This document shows positions 1 through 10,233 of a stretch of 64,000 nucleotides of DNA, one piece after another. The notes beneath the pieces were generated by a model. It saw only the letters and a list, made by a program, of their open reading frames with translations, did not search any database and had not been told where the DNA came from. This stretch comes from Candidatus Dormiibacterota bacterium (lineage in GTDB: Bacteria > Chloroflexota > Dormibacteria > Aeolococcales > Aeolococcaceae). A program made the position numbers and the translations under genes. The stretch covers positions 288,001 to 352,000 of the forward strand of contig OY970355.1 in assembly GCA_963718525.1 (NCBI GenBank), written 5' to 3'. The first letter of the stretch is position 1; the number at the start of each line of letters is the position of its first letter.

Positions 1-1
1 C

Positions 2-694
2 CAGGATGTCGTGCTCCGAGCTGCCCGAGAGGGCGCTGCAGAGGGGTTCACGTGCGTTGCGGCGGAGCAGACGGCGGGTCGAGGACGGCAGGGCCGCGCG
101 TGGGTTGCGCCGGCAGGCTCAGCGCTGCTCGCGTCCGTGCTCCTGCGCCGCTCCGCTGCCGTGGCGGCAGGCATCCCATTCGCCGCAGGGCTGGCCCTCG
201 TCGATGTGCTCGGAGCCGGCCACAGCATCGCCGCGGAACTCAAATGGCCCAACGACGTTCTCGTCGGGCGCCGCAAGCTCGCAGGGATCCTCGGCGAGGT
301 GGAGCCGGCGGCGACGGATGGCCGGCGCGTCTGCATCGCGCTCGGCGTCGGGGTCAACCTTCGCGTGGACCAGTTCCCGGAGGGTCTGGAAGCCGTCAGC
401 CTGCACACCCTCCTGCCGAGCCCGCCGGCGCCGGAAGAGCTCCTGGTGGCCTGGGGTGAGGCGCTCGGCGACCGGATCGCCGCTCTCGAGCAGGGCGGGA
501 TCGGCGCGATCCTCGACGACTGGCGCCGACACGCGGTCGGGCTGGGCGATCCTGTCTCCGTGGAGGGTGCGGCCGGGATCATCGACGGGGTGGCGATCGG
601 CGTCGCCGACGACGGCGCGCTCCTCGTCGAGGCGTCAGGTCAGACGCACCGTTTCCTGGCCGGGGATGTGCATCTCAAGACCGTCGCCCGCTGA
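2..694 (+). CDS. birA: biotin--[acetyl-CoA-carboxylase] ligase (5' truncated by window edge)
   Basis: QTAGRGRQGRAW biotin-binding loop, KWPNDV, KLAGIL, LGVGVN and C-terminal GALLV...AGDV motifs. Confidence 0.93.
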   Translation, partial: QDVVLRAAREGAAEGFTCVAAEQTAGRGRQGRAWVAPAGSALLASVLLRRSAAVAAGIPFAAGLALVDVLGAGHSIAAELKWPNDVLVGRRKLAGILGEVEPAATDGRRVCIALGVGVNLRVDQFPEGLEAVSLHTLLPSPPAPEELLVAWGEALGDRIAALEQGGIGAILDDWRRHAVGLGDPVSVEGAAGIIDGVAIGVADDGALLVEASGQTHRFLAGDVHLKTVAR

Positions 695-713
695 TGGGCA
701 TGGTGGTGCCGAG

Positions 714-1226
714 CTAGGCGGCGGGAGACGGGGTCGCAGACGCTGAGGGTGACGCGCCGGCTGAGGTGGACGCGGACGGTGTGGATGCGGCCGCCGACCC
801 GGTGACCTTGATCACTCCCTTCATGTTGGGAGCGTGGATGGTGCACAGGTAGTTGTACGTGCCGGGCTGAGTGAACTTGACCTCCCACGTGGCTCCCGGA
901 GCGAGCGTGTTATCCGTGAGGCACGCGTCGTTGTTGTCCTGAAACGTGACCGTGTGCACCACGGAGCCGGTGTTCTTGAACTCGATGATGTCACCGGTCG
1001 CCGCGCTCGACGTGTCGGGAACGAACACCAGGTTGTCCGTCGCCTGAATCGTCATCGTGGGAGCCCCGAGCGAGCTCACGGCGGCACTCCCGTTGCAGGC
1101 GGCGGGAGGTCCACTGGAACCGCCACCCGGTTGACCGTTGCCACAAGCGAACATCCCGATGGCGACACACACTCCCAAGCCGACCGCGAGCGTGCGCAGA
1201 TGAGTCATGTGCATGGCCACGGGCAT
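714..1226 (-). CDS. cupredoxin/plastocyanin-azurin family blue copper lipoprotein
   Basis: Signal peptide with lipobox-like MFAC; type-1 Cu ligands H (VVHTV) and C-x2-H-x3-M (CTIHAPNM); S/A/P-rich tail. Start at ATG 1226 or 1208. Confidence 0.85.
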   Translation of the reverse strand: MPVAMHMTHLRTLAVGLGVCVAIGMFACGNGQPGGGSSGPPAACNGSAAVSSLGAPTMTIQATDNLVFVPDTSSAATGDIIEFKNTGSVVHTVTFQDNNDACLTDNTLAPGATWEVKFTQPGTYNYLCTIHAPNMKGVIKVTGSAAASTPSASTSAGASPSASATPSPAA

Positions 1227-1260
1227 GTTAAGGGATGCGTTCGCCGGCACGCCTCGGCCC

Positions 1261-2112
1261 TCACTGCAGGGGCAGGGCCTCTGCGATCCGATCTGCCGCC
1301 AGCTCCTCGTCCCTGCCCGGGTCGGAGAACAGGCGCATGAACACGACGAGGATCGCGATGAAGTACACGATGTTCCCGACACCGAGCATGATCACGCCGC
1401 CGTACTGCTGATCGGTGAGCGCGGAGACACCCCACAGGCGTGGCGCCTGCTGGTAGAAGCTGTAGAGCGGCGTGGACGCCAGGGCGAACACGATGCCGAG
1501 AACGGTCGGTGGGATCCCCGCGATGCTCAGCGCGGCGATCTTGGTGAGCGGGCTCACCGTCACCGTGTGCTCGTCTCGGATCGGGTCGACCACGGCCCAC
1601 CAGACGATGAGCCCGACGAGGATGAAGCTGAGGTGCTCGACGATGTGCACGGGCACCGTGGTCAGCGTTGTGTCATACAGCGAGGGGACGTGCCACAGGA
1701 GGAGCACAGCGTTGAAGAGGAGCACGGCCGGCCAGGGGCGCGTGAGCGCCCACCAGATCGAGCGCAGCGTGGTGTGACGCTCGCGCGGTGATGGCCGTGC
1801 CCCGGCGATGCCGAGGAGCAACAGTGGCGGCGCCACCATCATCAGCAGCATGTGCTGGACCATGTGGAGCGAGAACAGGTAGTCGTCCCCGCCTCGGTCG
1901 ATCGGCAACTCCAGCGCGATGAACGTGATCAGGAGTCCGGTGAAGAACAGCACCGGTCGCAACCGCGGATGGCGGAACCACGGGGTCACATCGTCGTCCG
2001 GCCCGATCGTGCCGCGGCGCATCGCGATGATGTAGCCGGCGGCCACCGCTACCAGGCCGCAGATGACGGTGGGATCCCACGTCCAGTCGCCGAACCCCAG
2101 GTGTGCCGTCAG
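1261..2112 (-). CDS. ctaG: cytochrome c oxidase assembly factor CtaG
   Basis: FSLHMVQHMLL, WHVPSLY, HIVEH and DQQYGG motifs. Frame is open upstream of GTG 2046 (W-T-W-D-P); true start uncertain, possibly CTG at 2112. Confidence 0.88.
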   Translation of the reverse strand: MTAHLGFGDWTWDPTVICGLVAVAAGYIIAMRRGTIGPDDDVTPWFRHPRLRPVLFFTGLLITFIALELPIDRGGDDYLFSLHMVQHMLLMMVAPPLLLLGIAGARPSPRERHTTLRSIWWALTRPWPAVLLFNAVLLLWHVPSLYDTTLTTVPVHIVEHLSFILVGLIVWWAVVDPIRDEHTVTVSPLTKIAALSIAGIPPTVLGIVFALASTPLYSFYQQAPRLWGVSALTDQQYGGVIMLGVGNIVYFIAILVVFMRLFSDPGRDEELAADRIAEALPLQ

Positions 2113-2375
2113 TGCCCTCCATCCTCCGGGAGCTCGAGATATTCATTCCTCGCCCCGCGAGCCCAGAAGAAACACGAGACGATGAGGTAGAGCAACCCGA
2201 TCCCCCACATCGCCGGTCCGACGACGGCGCGGATGTCGGTGAGGAACCCGGTCAGCGTGATCGCGAGTGCCAGGGCGATGTTGATGGGAACGAAGCTCGG
2301 GGGCGGCAGGTGCGGCGTGGCGTGCTCGTGATCACCGTCCTCATCGGTTGCCGTCGCCACCGCGTCGTCGCTCAC
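2109..2375 (-). CDS. small 2-TM oxidase subunit (CtaF/subunit IV-like; resembles N-terminal helices of subunit III)
   Basis: HLPPPSFVPI then two TM helices ending FFWARGARNE; within the oxidase operon. Confidence 0.6.
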   Translation of the reverse strand: MSDDAVATATDEDGDHEHATPHLPPPSFVPINIALALAITLTGFLTDIRAVVGPAMWGIGLLYLIVSCFFWARGARNEYLELPEDGGH

Positions 2376-2385
2376 TGCATGCGCC

Positions 2386-2505
2386 TCACTTGGTCACGGC
2401 GAGGAAGATCGCCGCCCAGACAAAGGCCGCGCCCATGAGGATGAACAGCATGATGAACATCGCGACACCCATGCGCATGTTCCTGCGGGCGAGCTTTCGG
2501 TTCAC
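2386..2505 (-). CDS. 39-aa single-TM peptide (not in ORF track)
   Basis: Manually read MNRKLARRNMRMGVAMFIMLFILMGAAFVWAAIFLAVTK; GAGGAGG SD upstream of GTG; fills the gap between ctaB and the next gene. Confidence 0.7.
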   Translation of the reverse strand: MNRKLARRNMRMGVAMFIMLFILMGAAFVWAAIFLAVTK

Positions 2506-2518
2506 CGGCGCGTCCTCC

Positions 2519-3423
<905 letters not shown>

Positions 3424-3427
<4 letters not shown>

Positions 3428-4413
3428 GACTGCGTGACCTTCGCCTGCGGCCGCAGCGCGTCACCGCGTTGCGGTGCCGCCGCCGGTACGGGCTGATTGA
3501 TCGGGAGGGTGCTCACGACAGCGACGAGGACCACAGACCCCCAGAGCAGGGAGGCGAGCGCGATGTGGAGACCGCGCACCCACGCGGGGAGGCCGAGGAG
3601 CACGACCAGGGCGCCCGCCGCCACCTGCAGGACGAGCAACAGGTTGACCGCCATCACGCCGATCCGGACCACGCGGTCGCCACGACGCCGGCGCGCGATG
3701 ACGGCCATGAGGCCGCCGAGGATCAGGACGACGACGAGCGCCACGAGGCGATGCGCGACGTTGATGGTCGCCGCCTGGCCCTCCGGCAATGAGAACCCGC
3801 TGCCGCAGAGTGGCCAGCTGGTGCACCCACCTCCGGAGCCGGTCTCGACGACGAACGCGCCGCTCAAGGCCACGAGGTAGGTGGCGACGACCGTGATGAT
3901 CACGGGCCGCCTCACCGAGGGTGCGAGCGCGGCCGACAGGCTGGGGCTGCGCCCCCGGGTTCCCACCGTGCACGCGACCACCGCGACGTAGATCAGCACC
4001 GCGAACAGCAGCAGCGCATTGGCCAGATGAATCATCACGACACCGCCGGGGAGGTTGTACTCAACGGCGAGCGCGCCGAGCGCGATTTGCACGACGAACA
4101 GCGCCGCGGCGATGCTGGTGCCGACCAGGATCCTGCGCTGATGCCGGTGCCAGACCCACGTCGCCACCGTGAGGATGATCACGAGCAGCGTGCAGATCGA
4201 GGCGATCCAACGGTGGGTGAACTCGATGAGCGTGTTGATCTGCCACGCCGGCAGCAGCGAGCCGTGGCACAGCGGCCACTGGTCGGTGGTCCCGCAGCCG
4301 TTGCCGCTGCCGCTGACACGCACGATCCCGCCCCAGACGATGAGCAGGTACGTCAGCACCGCCGTCCATACCGCGAGGCGGCGGAACCCTGCAGACGGCC
4401 GCGCGGGAATCAC
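3424..4413 (-). CDS. ctaA: heme A synthase (COX15/CtaA)
   Basis: GSGNGC..WPLCHG, IEFTHR, second repeat GCTSWPLC...AHR; GTG start at 4413. Confidence 0.92.
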
Positions 4414-4426
4414 ACCGCCACCGGCG

Positions 4427-6118
4427 TTACGCGGGGGCTCCCGACGCAGCCTTCTTGCGCGCGAGCCGCCGGTCCCGAACCGGACGGAGGCTGAGCACCT
4501 CCTGCTCCTCGTCGAAGTTCCACGCGGGCGGTGGTGAGGTCGTCGCCCACTCGAGGGTGTTGCCCTCCCATGGATCATCCGGGGCGGTCTTGGGTGCCCG
4601 GATGCTGATCACGAAATTGATCATGAACACCGTGACCGAGATCGCGATCACAAAGGCGCCGAAGGTGATCAGCGAGTTCAGGTCACCCCAGCCGCGATTG
4701 TCGAGGTAGGTCGCGATCCGCCGCGGCATGCCGAGCAGGCCGAGCGCATGCATCGGCAGGAAGGTCAGGTTGATACCGATGAACATCAACCAGAAGTGCA
4801 GCTTGCCGAGCTTCTCGTTGAGGAAGCGACCGGTCACCTTCGGGAACCAGTAGTAAAAGGCTGCGAACACTCCCATGACGCTGCCGCCGAACAGCACGTA
4901 ATGGATATGAGCCACAACCCAGTAGGTGCCGTGCACGAGACGGTCGACCGCGAGGCTGCCGAGGTAGACGCCGTCAATACCACCGATCAGGAACATCAAT
5001 AAGAAGCCGCACGCGAAGAGCATGGGCGTGTCGTACTTGATGCTCCCTCCCCACATCGTGGCAAGCCAGCTGAAAATCTTCACCCCGGTCGGCACACCGA
5101 TGACGAAGGTCGTGAAGGCGAAGAACGTCTGCACCACCAGCGGGAGCCCGGTGACGAACATGTGGTGCACGAACACGATGAAGCCGAGCACGGCGATCGC
5201 CGCGATGGATGCGGCCATTGCCTTGTAGCCAAAGATGGGCTTGCGGCTGAATACAGGGATGATCTCGCTGATGATCCCGAAGGCCGGCAGGATCATGATG
5301 TAGACCGCCGGGTGCGAGTAGAACCAGAACACGAACTGGTAGAGCAGTGCGCTCCCGCCGTTGACCGGGTCGAAGAAGTTGGTGCCAATCTGGCGGTCGA
5401 GCAGGTTCATCGCCAACCCTGAGGCGAGGAACGGAGACGCGAGCACCACCAGCGCCGCAGTGATCTCCTGCGCCCAGACGAACAGCGGGAGCCGTCCCCA
5501 CGTCATGCCCTTCGCACGCATGTTGTGGATGGTCGCCAGGAAGTTGATGCCGCCGAGCATCGATGAGATGCCGACGAGGTGCAGTCCGATGATCCACAGG
5601 TCCTGCCCCATGCTGCAGCTGTAATGACTGCCCGTGAGCGGCACGTACCCGGTCCACCCCGCGTCACCCGGTCCGCCTGGGCACAGCAACCCCGCATGCG
5701 TGGTCGCGGGAACCAGGAAGCCGGAGTACATCACCAGGCCACCGAGCGGCAGCAGCCAGAAGGAGAGTGCGTTGATGCGTGGAAACGCCATGTCGCGAGC
5801 GCCGATCATCAGCGGGACCATGTAGTTTCCGAAGCCGGCCCACACCGGGATGATCCACAGGAAGATCATCGTCGTCCCGTGCATCGTGAAGATCTGGTTG
5901 TACTGCTCGGGCGTCAGGAACGTGTTCTGCGGCTCAGCGAGCTGGATCCGGATCAGCAGCGCCATGACCCCGCCGACCAGGAAGAAGAAGAACGTCAGGA
6001 ACAGGTACATGACCGCGATCTTCTTGTGGTCGACAGTGGTCATCCAGCCGAGGATGCCCTTCGACTTGTCGACGCGCGCGAAACGTGCCCGTGGAAGCGT
6101 CGCGTCCATGACCGCCAT
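4427..6118 (-). CDS. ctaD: cytochrome c oxidase subunit I, A2-type
   Basis: TTVDHKKI, MHGTTM, DMAFPRIN, FWFYSHPAVY (YS motif of type A2), VHHMF, AHIHY, GMPRR; ATG 6118 with GGAGG SD. Confidence 0.97.
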   Translation of the reverse strand: MAVMDATLPRARFARVDKSKGILGWMTTVDHKKIAVMYLFLTFFFFLVGGVMALLIRIQLAEPQNTFLTPEQYNQIFTMHGTTMIFLWIIPVWAGFGNYMVPLMIGARDMAFPRINALSFWLLPLGGLVMYSGFLVPATTHAGLLCPGGPGDAGWTGYVPLTGSHYSCSMGQDLWIIGLHLVGISSMLGGINFLATIHNMRAKGMTWGRLPLFVWAQEITAALVVLASPFLASGLAMNLLDRQIGTNFFDPVNGGSALLYQFVFWFYSHPAVYIMILPAFGIISEIIPVFSRKPIFGYKAMAASIAAIAVLGFIVFVHHMFVTGLPLVVQTFFAFTTFVIGVPTGVKIFSWLATMWGGSIKYDTPMLFACGFLLMFLIGGIDGVYLGSLAVDRLVHGTYWVVAHIHYVLFGGSVMGVFAAFYYWFPKVTGRFLNEKLGKLHFWLMFIGINLTFLPMHALGLLGMPRRIATYLDNRGWGDLNSLITFGAFVIAISVTVFMINFVISIRAPKTAPDDPWEGNTLEWATTSPPPAWNFDEEQEVLSLRPVRDRRLARKKAASGAPA

Positions 6119-6912
6119 CAAGATCCTCCGAGGGTGCACGACTTGCTAGTCGGATCGATCGAACCGCTGGGATTACCGAAGACGCACGACTGGAACTGGT
6201 TCATCGGCAGCGCGATGACGACGAACGTCATGGTTGCATGACCGACACCGCAGAGCTCGGTGCACTGCCCGTAATACGTTCCTTGACGGGCCTGGATCGG
6301 AGCCGTGTTGACGTCACCGGGGATGGCGTTCATCTGCTGACCAAGCGACGGTGCGAAGAAGCTGTGATTGACTCCGCATCCCTCGCTGGAGATGGCCGCC
6401 GCGAGCGTGCTTCCCGACGGCACCGAGGGACTCACGTTGCACGGTGGATCAGTGGAAACGATGTTGAGCCCGACGTCGGTGTCGGCCGGCACGTACAGTG
6501 TGCCGAAGCTGCGGATTCGCGCGCCGGTCGAGCTCGCTCCATAGTCGAATGTCCAGCTGAACTGCTGACCGATCACCGTCACCGTGTATTGCGTTCCGGC
6601 GTGAACATTGTTGATGAAGGGCATGTTCGCCGCGGTGAGCCCGAAGAGCGAAAGAAACGTCGCCAGTGGCACGAGCGTCCAGGCGATCTCCAGCCGCGTG
6701 TTGCCATGGAACTGCGGTGGATCGTCAGCGTCACTGCGACGCCGGAACCGCACGAATGCGTAGAGGAGCAGCCCGGTCACGATGACGCCGAGCACAACCG
6801 ACGCCCAGAACACCGCGGTGTAGACGCCGAGCGCCCGGTCGCTGATCGTGCCACCATCGCCGAACGCACCGGCGTTGTTGACGCAACAGGTGGACTGTGC
6901 GAGCACGTTCAT
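6118..6912 (-). CDS. ctaC: cytochrome c oxidase subunit II
   Basis: HGNTRLEIAWT, GQQFSWTF, VNHSF and CuA motif CTELCGVGHATM. Confidence 0.93.
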   Translation of the reverse strand: MNVLAQSTCCVNNAGAFGDGGTISDRALGVYTAVFWASVVLGVIVTGLLLYAFVRFRRRSDADDPPQFHGNTRLEIAWTLVPLATFLSLFGLTAANMPFINNVHAGTQYTVTVIGQQFSWTFDYGASSTGARIRSFGTLYVPADTDVGLNIVSTDPPCNVSPSVPSGSTLAAAISSEGCGVNHSFFAPSLGQQMNAIPGDVNTAPIQARQGTYYGQCTELCGVGHATMTFVVIALPMNQFQSCVFGNPSGSIDPTSKSCTLGGS

Positions 6913-6991
6913 CCGCGACGCAGGATGATCGCATAGCGGCCTTCAGCCGGGCAATCGGGGCCTGCCGAGGCCCTGTGGAGCATGCGCCGGA

Positions 6992-7192
6992 TCACCGCTG
7001 CCATATCTTCGTCTTGGTGTTGATCTGACGTTTGACAAGCTCGGTGATGTCCGTGTTGATGAGGGCCGCTCGATCCCACGATCCACGATTTCCCGGTGGT
7101 ACCGAAGGATCCGGCAGCACCTCGCCTGTGGCCGCGGATCGTTGCCGGCGCCTGAGCCGTGCGAGCAGTGATTTCCGACCCTCCGAGCTCAC
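6992..7192 (-). CDS. hypothetical protein (66 aa)
   Basis: GTGA overlap with upstream gene; plausible composition. Confidence 0.55.
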   Translation of the reverse strand: MSSEGRKSLLARLRRRQRSAATGEVLPDPSVPPGNRGSWDRAALINTDITELVKRQINTKTKIWQR

Positions 7193-7575
7193 AGCCGGAA
7201 CATCGTGCGCTGTGCCGCCCGCTCCGGGTCGCCCGCGGCGAGGGCGACGGCGCTCTGATAGGCGTCGATGAACGAACTGGCCCAGATGAAGAGGCCGGCG
7301 AGGAACAGGCCGAGGAACACGAACACCGAGACCAGTGCGATGAGCAGGAAGAGTGCCCCTGAGCCGTGGGTGAGCAGCGTGTGACCCACCGACTGCCCGG
7401 CCATGATCAGGAGCACCGCGGGACCGATGGTGAACACGGTCCGAAGCAGGTAGTACAGGGCTTTGCGGGGATGCCCGGTGTAGAGCTGGCCCAGTCCTGG
7501 AACGATTGACAGTCCCACGGCGAGACCGGGATGTGGCCGGCGCAGAGGGCTGACCCCTCCCGCGTCAGACGCCAT
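7189..7575 (-). CDS. hypothetical membrane protein (PGLGQLY motif, TM2/DUF5683-like)
   Basis: LSIVPGLGQLY...W.SSFIDAY pattern with about 3 TM segments. Confidence 0.7.
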   Translation of the reverse strand: MASDAGGVSPLRRPHPGLAVGLSIVPGLGQLYTGHPRKALYYLLRTVFTIGPAVLLIMAGQSVGHTLLTHGSGALFLLIALVSVFVFLGLFLAGLFIWASSFIDAYQSAVALAAGDPERAAQRTMFRL

Positions 7576-7629
7576 CACCGGCGCGACGACAGGCTCGGAG
7601 GGCGCGGCCGCCCAGCAGAGAAACCCCGG

Positions 7630-7764
7630 TCATCGCCCGACGAAGGCCCGGTAGAGGTAGTAGGCGGCGAGGAGCAGGGTTCCGAACGCCCAGATGGCGA
7701 CGAACAGGACGTCGCCCCAACCGGCCTCGCCCGGGTACAGCTCCGCAAGCATCGGTAGGGGCAT
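7630..7764 (-). CDS. 44-aa single-TM peptide (not in ORF track)
   Basis: Manually read MPLPMLAELYPGEAGWGDVLFVAIWAFGTLLLAAYYLYRAFVGR; starts 3 nt after the previous stop. Confidence 0.65.
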   Translation of the reverse strand: MPLPMLAELYPGEAGWGDVLFVAIWAFGTLLLAAYYLYRAFVGR

Positions 7765-7767
7765 GTC

Positions 7768-7893
7768 TCAGTGCGCCTTGAAGTTCTCGAGCAGGAACTC
7801 ACCATAGATCAGCACGAACGTGAATACGAGCAGCCCGAAGAAGACGACGAGAGTCCCGATCAGGTCTCGCGCGAACGTGCTGCGGCGCTTCAC
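7768..7893 (-). CDS. 41-aa single-TM peptide (not in ORF track)
   Basis: Manually read MKRRSTFARDLIGTLVVFFGLLVFTFVLIYGEFLLENFKAH; directly after the cytochrome c gene with GAGG SD. Confidence 0.68.
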   Translation of the reverse strand: MKRRSTFARDLIGTLVVFFGLLVFTFVLIYGEFLLENFKAH

Positions 7894-7903
7894 TCCGACG
7901 TCC

Positions 7904-8911
7904 TCATGGGAGGGTGTTGTAGTCCTCCCAGTGGCGGATGAACTGGATGAGGACGTTGATCTGCCCCTGCGTCAGCACCGGTGAGGTGTTGAGCACGGCG
8001 CCAGGCCCAGGTGGGTTCTGCTGCGGGTTCCAGTCGCTGGCGATCCCACCCCAGTTGGGCATGATGCTGCCGACGTGTTCGAAGTCGGTAAAGCCGTACT
8101 CGATGCACCGGTAGTAGTAGTCCTCGTTGAAGTAACCGAGGCGGTCCTGGTTGTTCAGGGGCGGACCCGCGCCGCCTTCGCCCTGTCCGCCATGGCAGCG
8201 CGCGCAGTTCGCGTAATAGAGCTGGGCACCCTCGGTGAACGAGTACTCCGGGTTGACGATCAGGTTCTGATGCGCATTGGTCTCGTCGAGGCCGAGACGG
8301 TTCCCGTTGTGGCAGACGATGCAGCCGATCTGGTCGATGCCGAGCGGACCGGTCGCCGGCGCGGAGGTCAAGCCGTAATCAGTGCTCGGGTTCACGAACG
8401 CGGGGAGCGGGCCCGGTTGCTGAACCGTCACGGGAACGGCCGGAGCGGCTCCGGGCGGCGTGTACGGCGTGTACGTGAATGACGTGAACCCGTCCGGTCC
8501 GTACTGCTGGTAGCTCATCGACGGTGGGTAGTTGCCCCCGGTCGGCGTGATGTATGCGGGATGGATGCCCGTGAGGTGGTACTCGGCCACCAGCTGCTTG
8601 GCGTTGGGCTCGTACTTGAAAAAGTCCTGGCTGAGCCGCTTCGCGGCCTCCACCGGACCGATCGTGCCGATGTCAGGAACGTGGCAGGAAATGCATCGCT
8701 CCACGCGGTAGGTGTCGCCCTCGATCGTGGCCTGCGGGAAGCTCGGAAAGAGCTGCTGTACCTGGACGTTGAAGTCCGAGGTCGGATAGTCCTTCAGGTA
8801 CTGCTCCTGCGCGGTGATGTAGCTCCGGGCACTCGAGTCCTTGAATGCGGCCCATGCGACCAGCCCGAGCAGCGCGACACTGAGCGCGACGAAGATGACC
8901 CTGGTTCTCAT
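7904..8911 (-). CDS. membrane-anchored triheme c-type cytochrome of the bc complex
   Basis: N-terminal TM helix; CISCH, CIVCH and CARCH; distal Met in SIMPNW. Confidence 0.88.
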   Translation of the reverse strand: MRTRVIFVALSVALLGLVAWAAFKDSSARSYITAQEQYLKDYPTSDFNVQVQQLFPSFPQATIEGDTYRVERCISCHVPDIGTIGPVEAAKRLSQDFFKYEPNAKQLVAEYHLTGIHPAYITPTGGNYPPSMSYQQYGPDGFTSFTYTPYTPPGAAPAVPVTVQQPGPLPAFVNPSTDYGLTSAPATGPLGIDQIGCIVCHNGNRLGLDETNAHQNLIVNPEYSFTEGAQLYYANCARCHGGQGEGGAGPPLNNQDRLGYFNEDYYYRCIEYGFTDFEHVGSIMPNWGGIASDWNPQQNPPGPGAVLNTSPVLTQGQINVLIQFIRHWEDYNTLP

Positions 8912-9465
8912 ACAGGCGAGCTCAGTCCCGGGTGCCCGAGGATCAGGGTCCAGTCCCAGTTGAAGGCTTCACCGCGGAAGAACTCGCCGATGACCACGAA
9001 GGCCACGGCGAGGCACACGTAGATCGTGAACAGCACGATCGCCACCTTGCGGTCCTGCGGGCGCCGGCTCGGATTCCGGTCGAGGTAGGGCGTCAGGATC
9101 ATGAAGATGATCACGAAGCTCGGGAACGCCACGCCGGCCATGATCGGGGGGAAACGCTCGAGCAACTCCTGCAGACCGACGAAGTACCACGGCGCCTTGG
9201 CCGGGTTGGGGGTGATCGAGGTGTTGGCGCGCTGCAGCAGGGGCGCGTTGATCTGAATCGACACCAGCATCAGGAAGACGAAGGCCGCCAGCCCCGCAAG
9301 GAATTCCCGCCACACGAGGTACGGGAAGGTGACGACCGTCTCCTCCTCCTCGCGGCGGCGGATGACCAGAGGGGTACTCGCCAGCTCGGGCCCCGAAACG
9401 GGCACCTGCGGCCGCGGCGTCACCGCCCCGCGGGGGTCGCGTCCTCCCTCGACGACTGTCGCCAT
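8908..9465 (-). CDS. cytochrome b6-f subunit IV-like menaquinol:cytochrome c reductase subunit
   Basis: TPNPAKAPWYF (PEWY-loop variant), PYLDRNP, 3 TM. Confidence 0.9.
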   Translation of the reverse strand: MATVVEGGRDPRGAVTPRPQVPVSGPELASTPLVIRRREEEETVVTFPYLVWREFLAGLAAFVFLMLVSIQINAPLLQRANTSITPNPAKAPWYFVGLQELLERFPPIMAGVAFPSFVIIFMILTPYLDRNPSRRPQDRKVAIVLFTIYVCLAVAFVVIGEFFRGEAFNWDWTLILGHPGLSSPV

Positions 9466-10196
9466 CAGAGGCCTCCCGTGAACCCGTCTTTACGGACGCG
9501 CCAGAAGTGTACGACCATCAGCAAGAAGCCGATCAGGGGCAGGGCGATCACGTGTAAGACGTAGAAGCGAATCAGAGCACCTTGTGCTACCTGGTCGCCG
9601 CCGAGCAGGAGATATCGGGTGTAGGGCCCCACGATCGGGGCGTACTTGGCCATGTTGGTGCCGACCGTGATCGCCCAGATGGCGAGCTGGTCCCAGGGCA
9701 GGAGGTAGCCGGAGAACGAGAGCAGCAGCGTGATCAGCAGCAGGAAGGTGCCGATGACCCAGTTGAACTCCCGCGGCGGCTTGTACGCGCCCTGATAGAA
9801 GACGCGGGCCATGTGCAGCCAGACGGTGATCACCATCGCGTGCGCCGCCCAGCGATGCATGTTGCGGATGATGTCCCCGAAGACGGCGACGAATTGCAGA
9901 TCCTTGACGTTCTGGTACGCCGTATCCACCGAGGGGATGTAATAGAACATCAGGAAGAGCCCGGTGATCGTGAGCAGGATGAAGAGGAAGAACGACAGCC
10001 CGCCGAGGCACAGCGTGTAAGAAACGCGGACCGCGGACTTCTTGACGCGCACCGGGTGGATGTGCAGAAAGAAGTTGGTCAGCGCGGTGCGTGCGGCGAC
10101 CTTGTCGTTGGTCGGCAGGCCGTGGCGGAATACCGACCCCCAGAGCTGCGCGACGAACGCGCGGACAGGATTCGCCTGATCGGGGGTTGCGCTCAC
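9465..10196 (-). CDS. qcrB: cytochrome b6-like subunit (split cytochrome b)
   Basis: CLGG (heme ci Cys), [36 protein letters not shown]. Confidence 0.93.
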   Translation of the reverse strand: MSATPDQANPVRAFVAQLWGSVFRHGLPTNDKVAARTALTNFFLHIHPVRVKKSAVRVSYTLCLGGLSFFLFILLTITGLFLMFYYIPSVDTAYQNVKDLQFVAVFGDIIRNMHRWAAHAMVITVWLHMARVFYQGAYKPPREFNWVIGTFLLLITLLLSFSGYLLPWDQLAIWAITVGTNMAKYAPIVGPYTRYLLLGGDQVAQGALIRFYVLHVIALPLIGFLLMVVHFWRVRKDGFTGGL

Positions 10197-10233
10197 CGAC
10201 CGTGACCCCTCATACGCCAGCCCGCCTCCTCAT

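Noticed and set aside
7189-7764. TGA read-through (selenocysteine) joining the 44-aa peptide to the in-frame downstream membrane ORF
   Set aside because: No recognisable SECIS or redox-motif context; an in-frame neighbour occurs by chance one time in three
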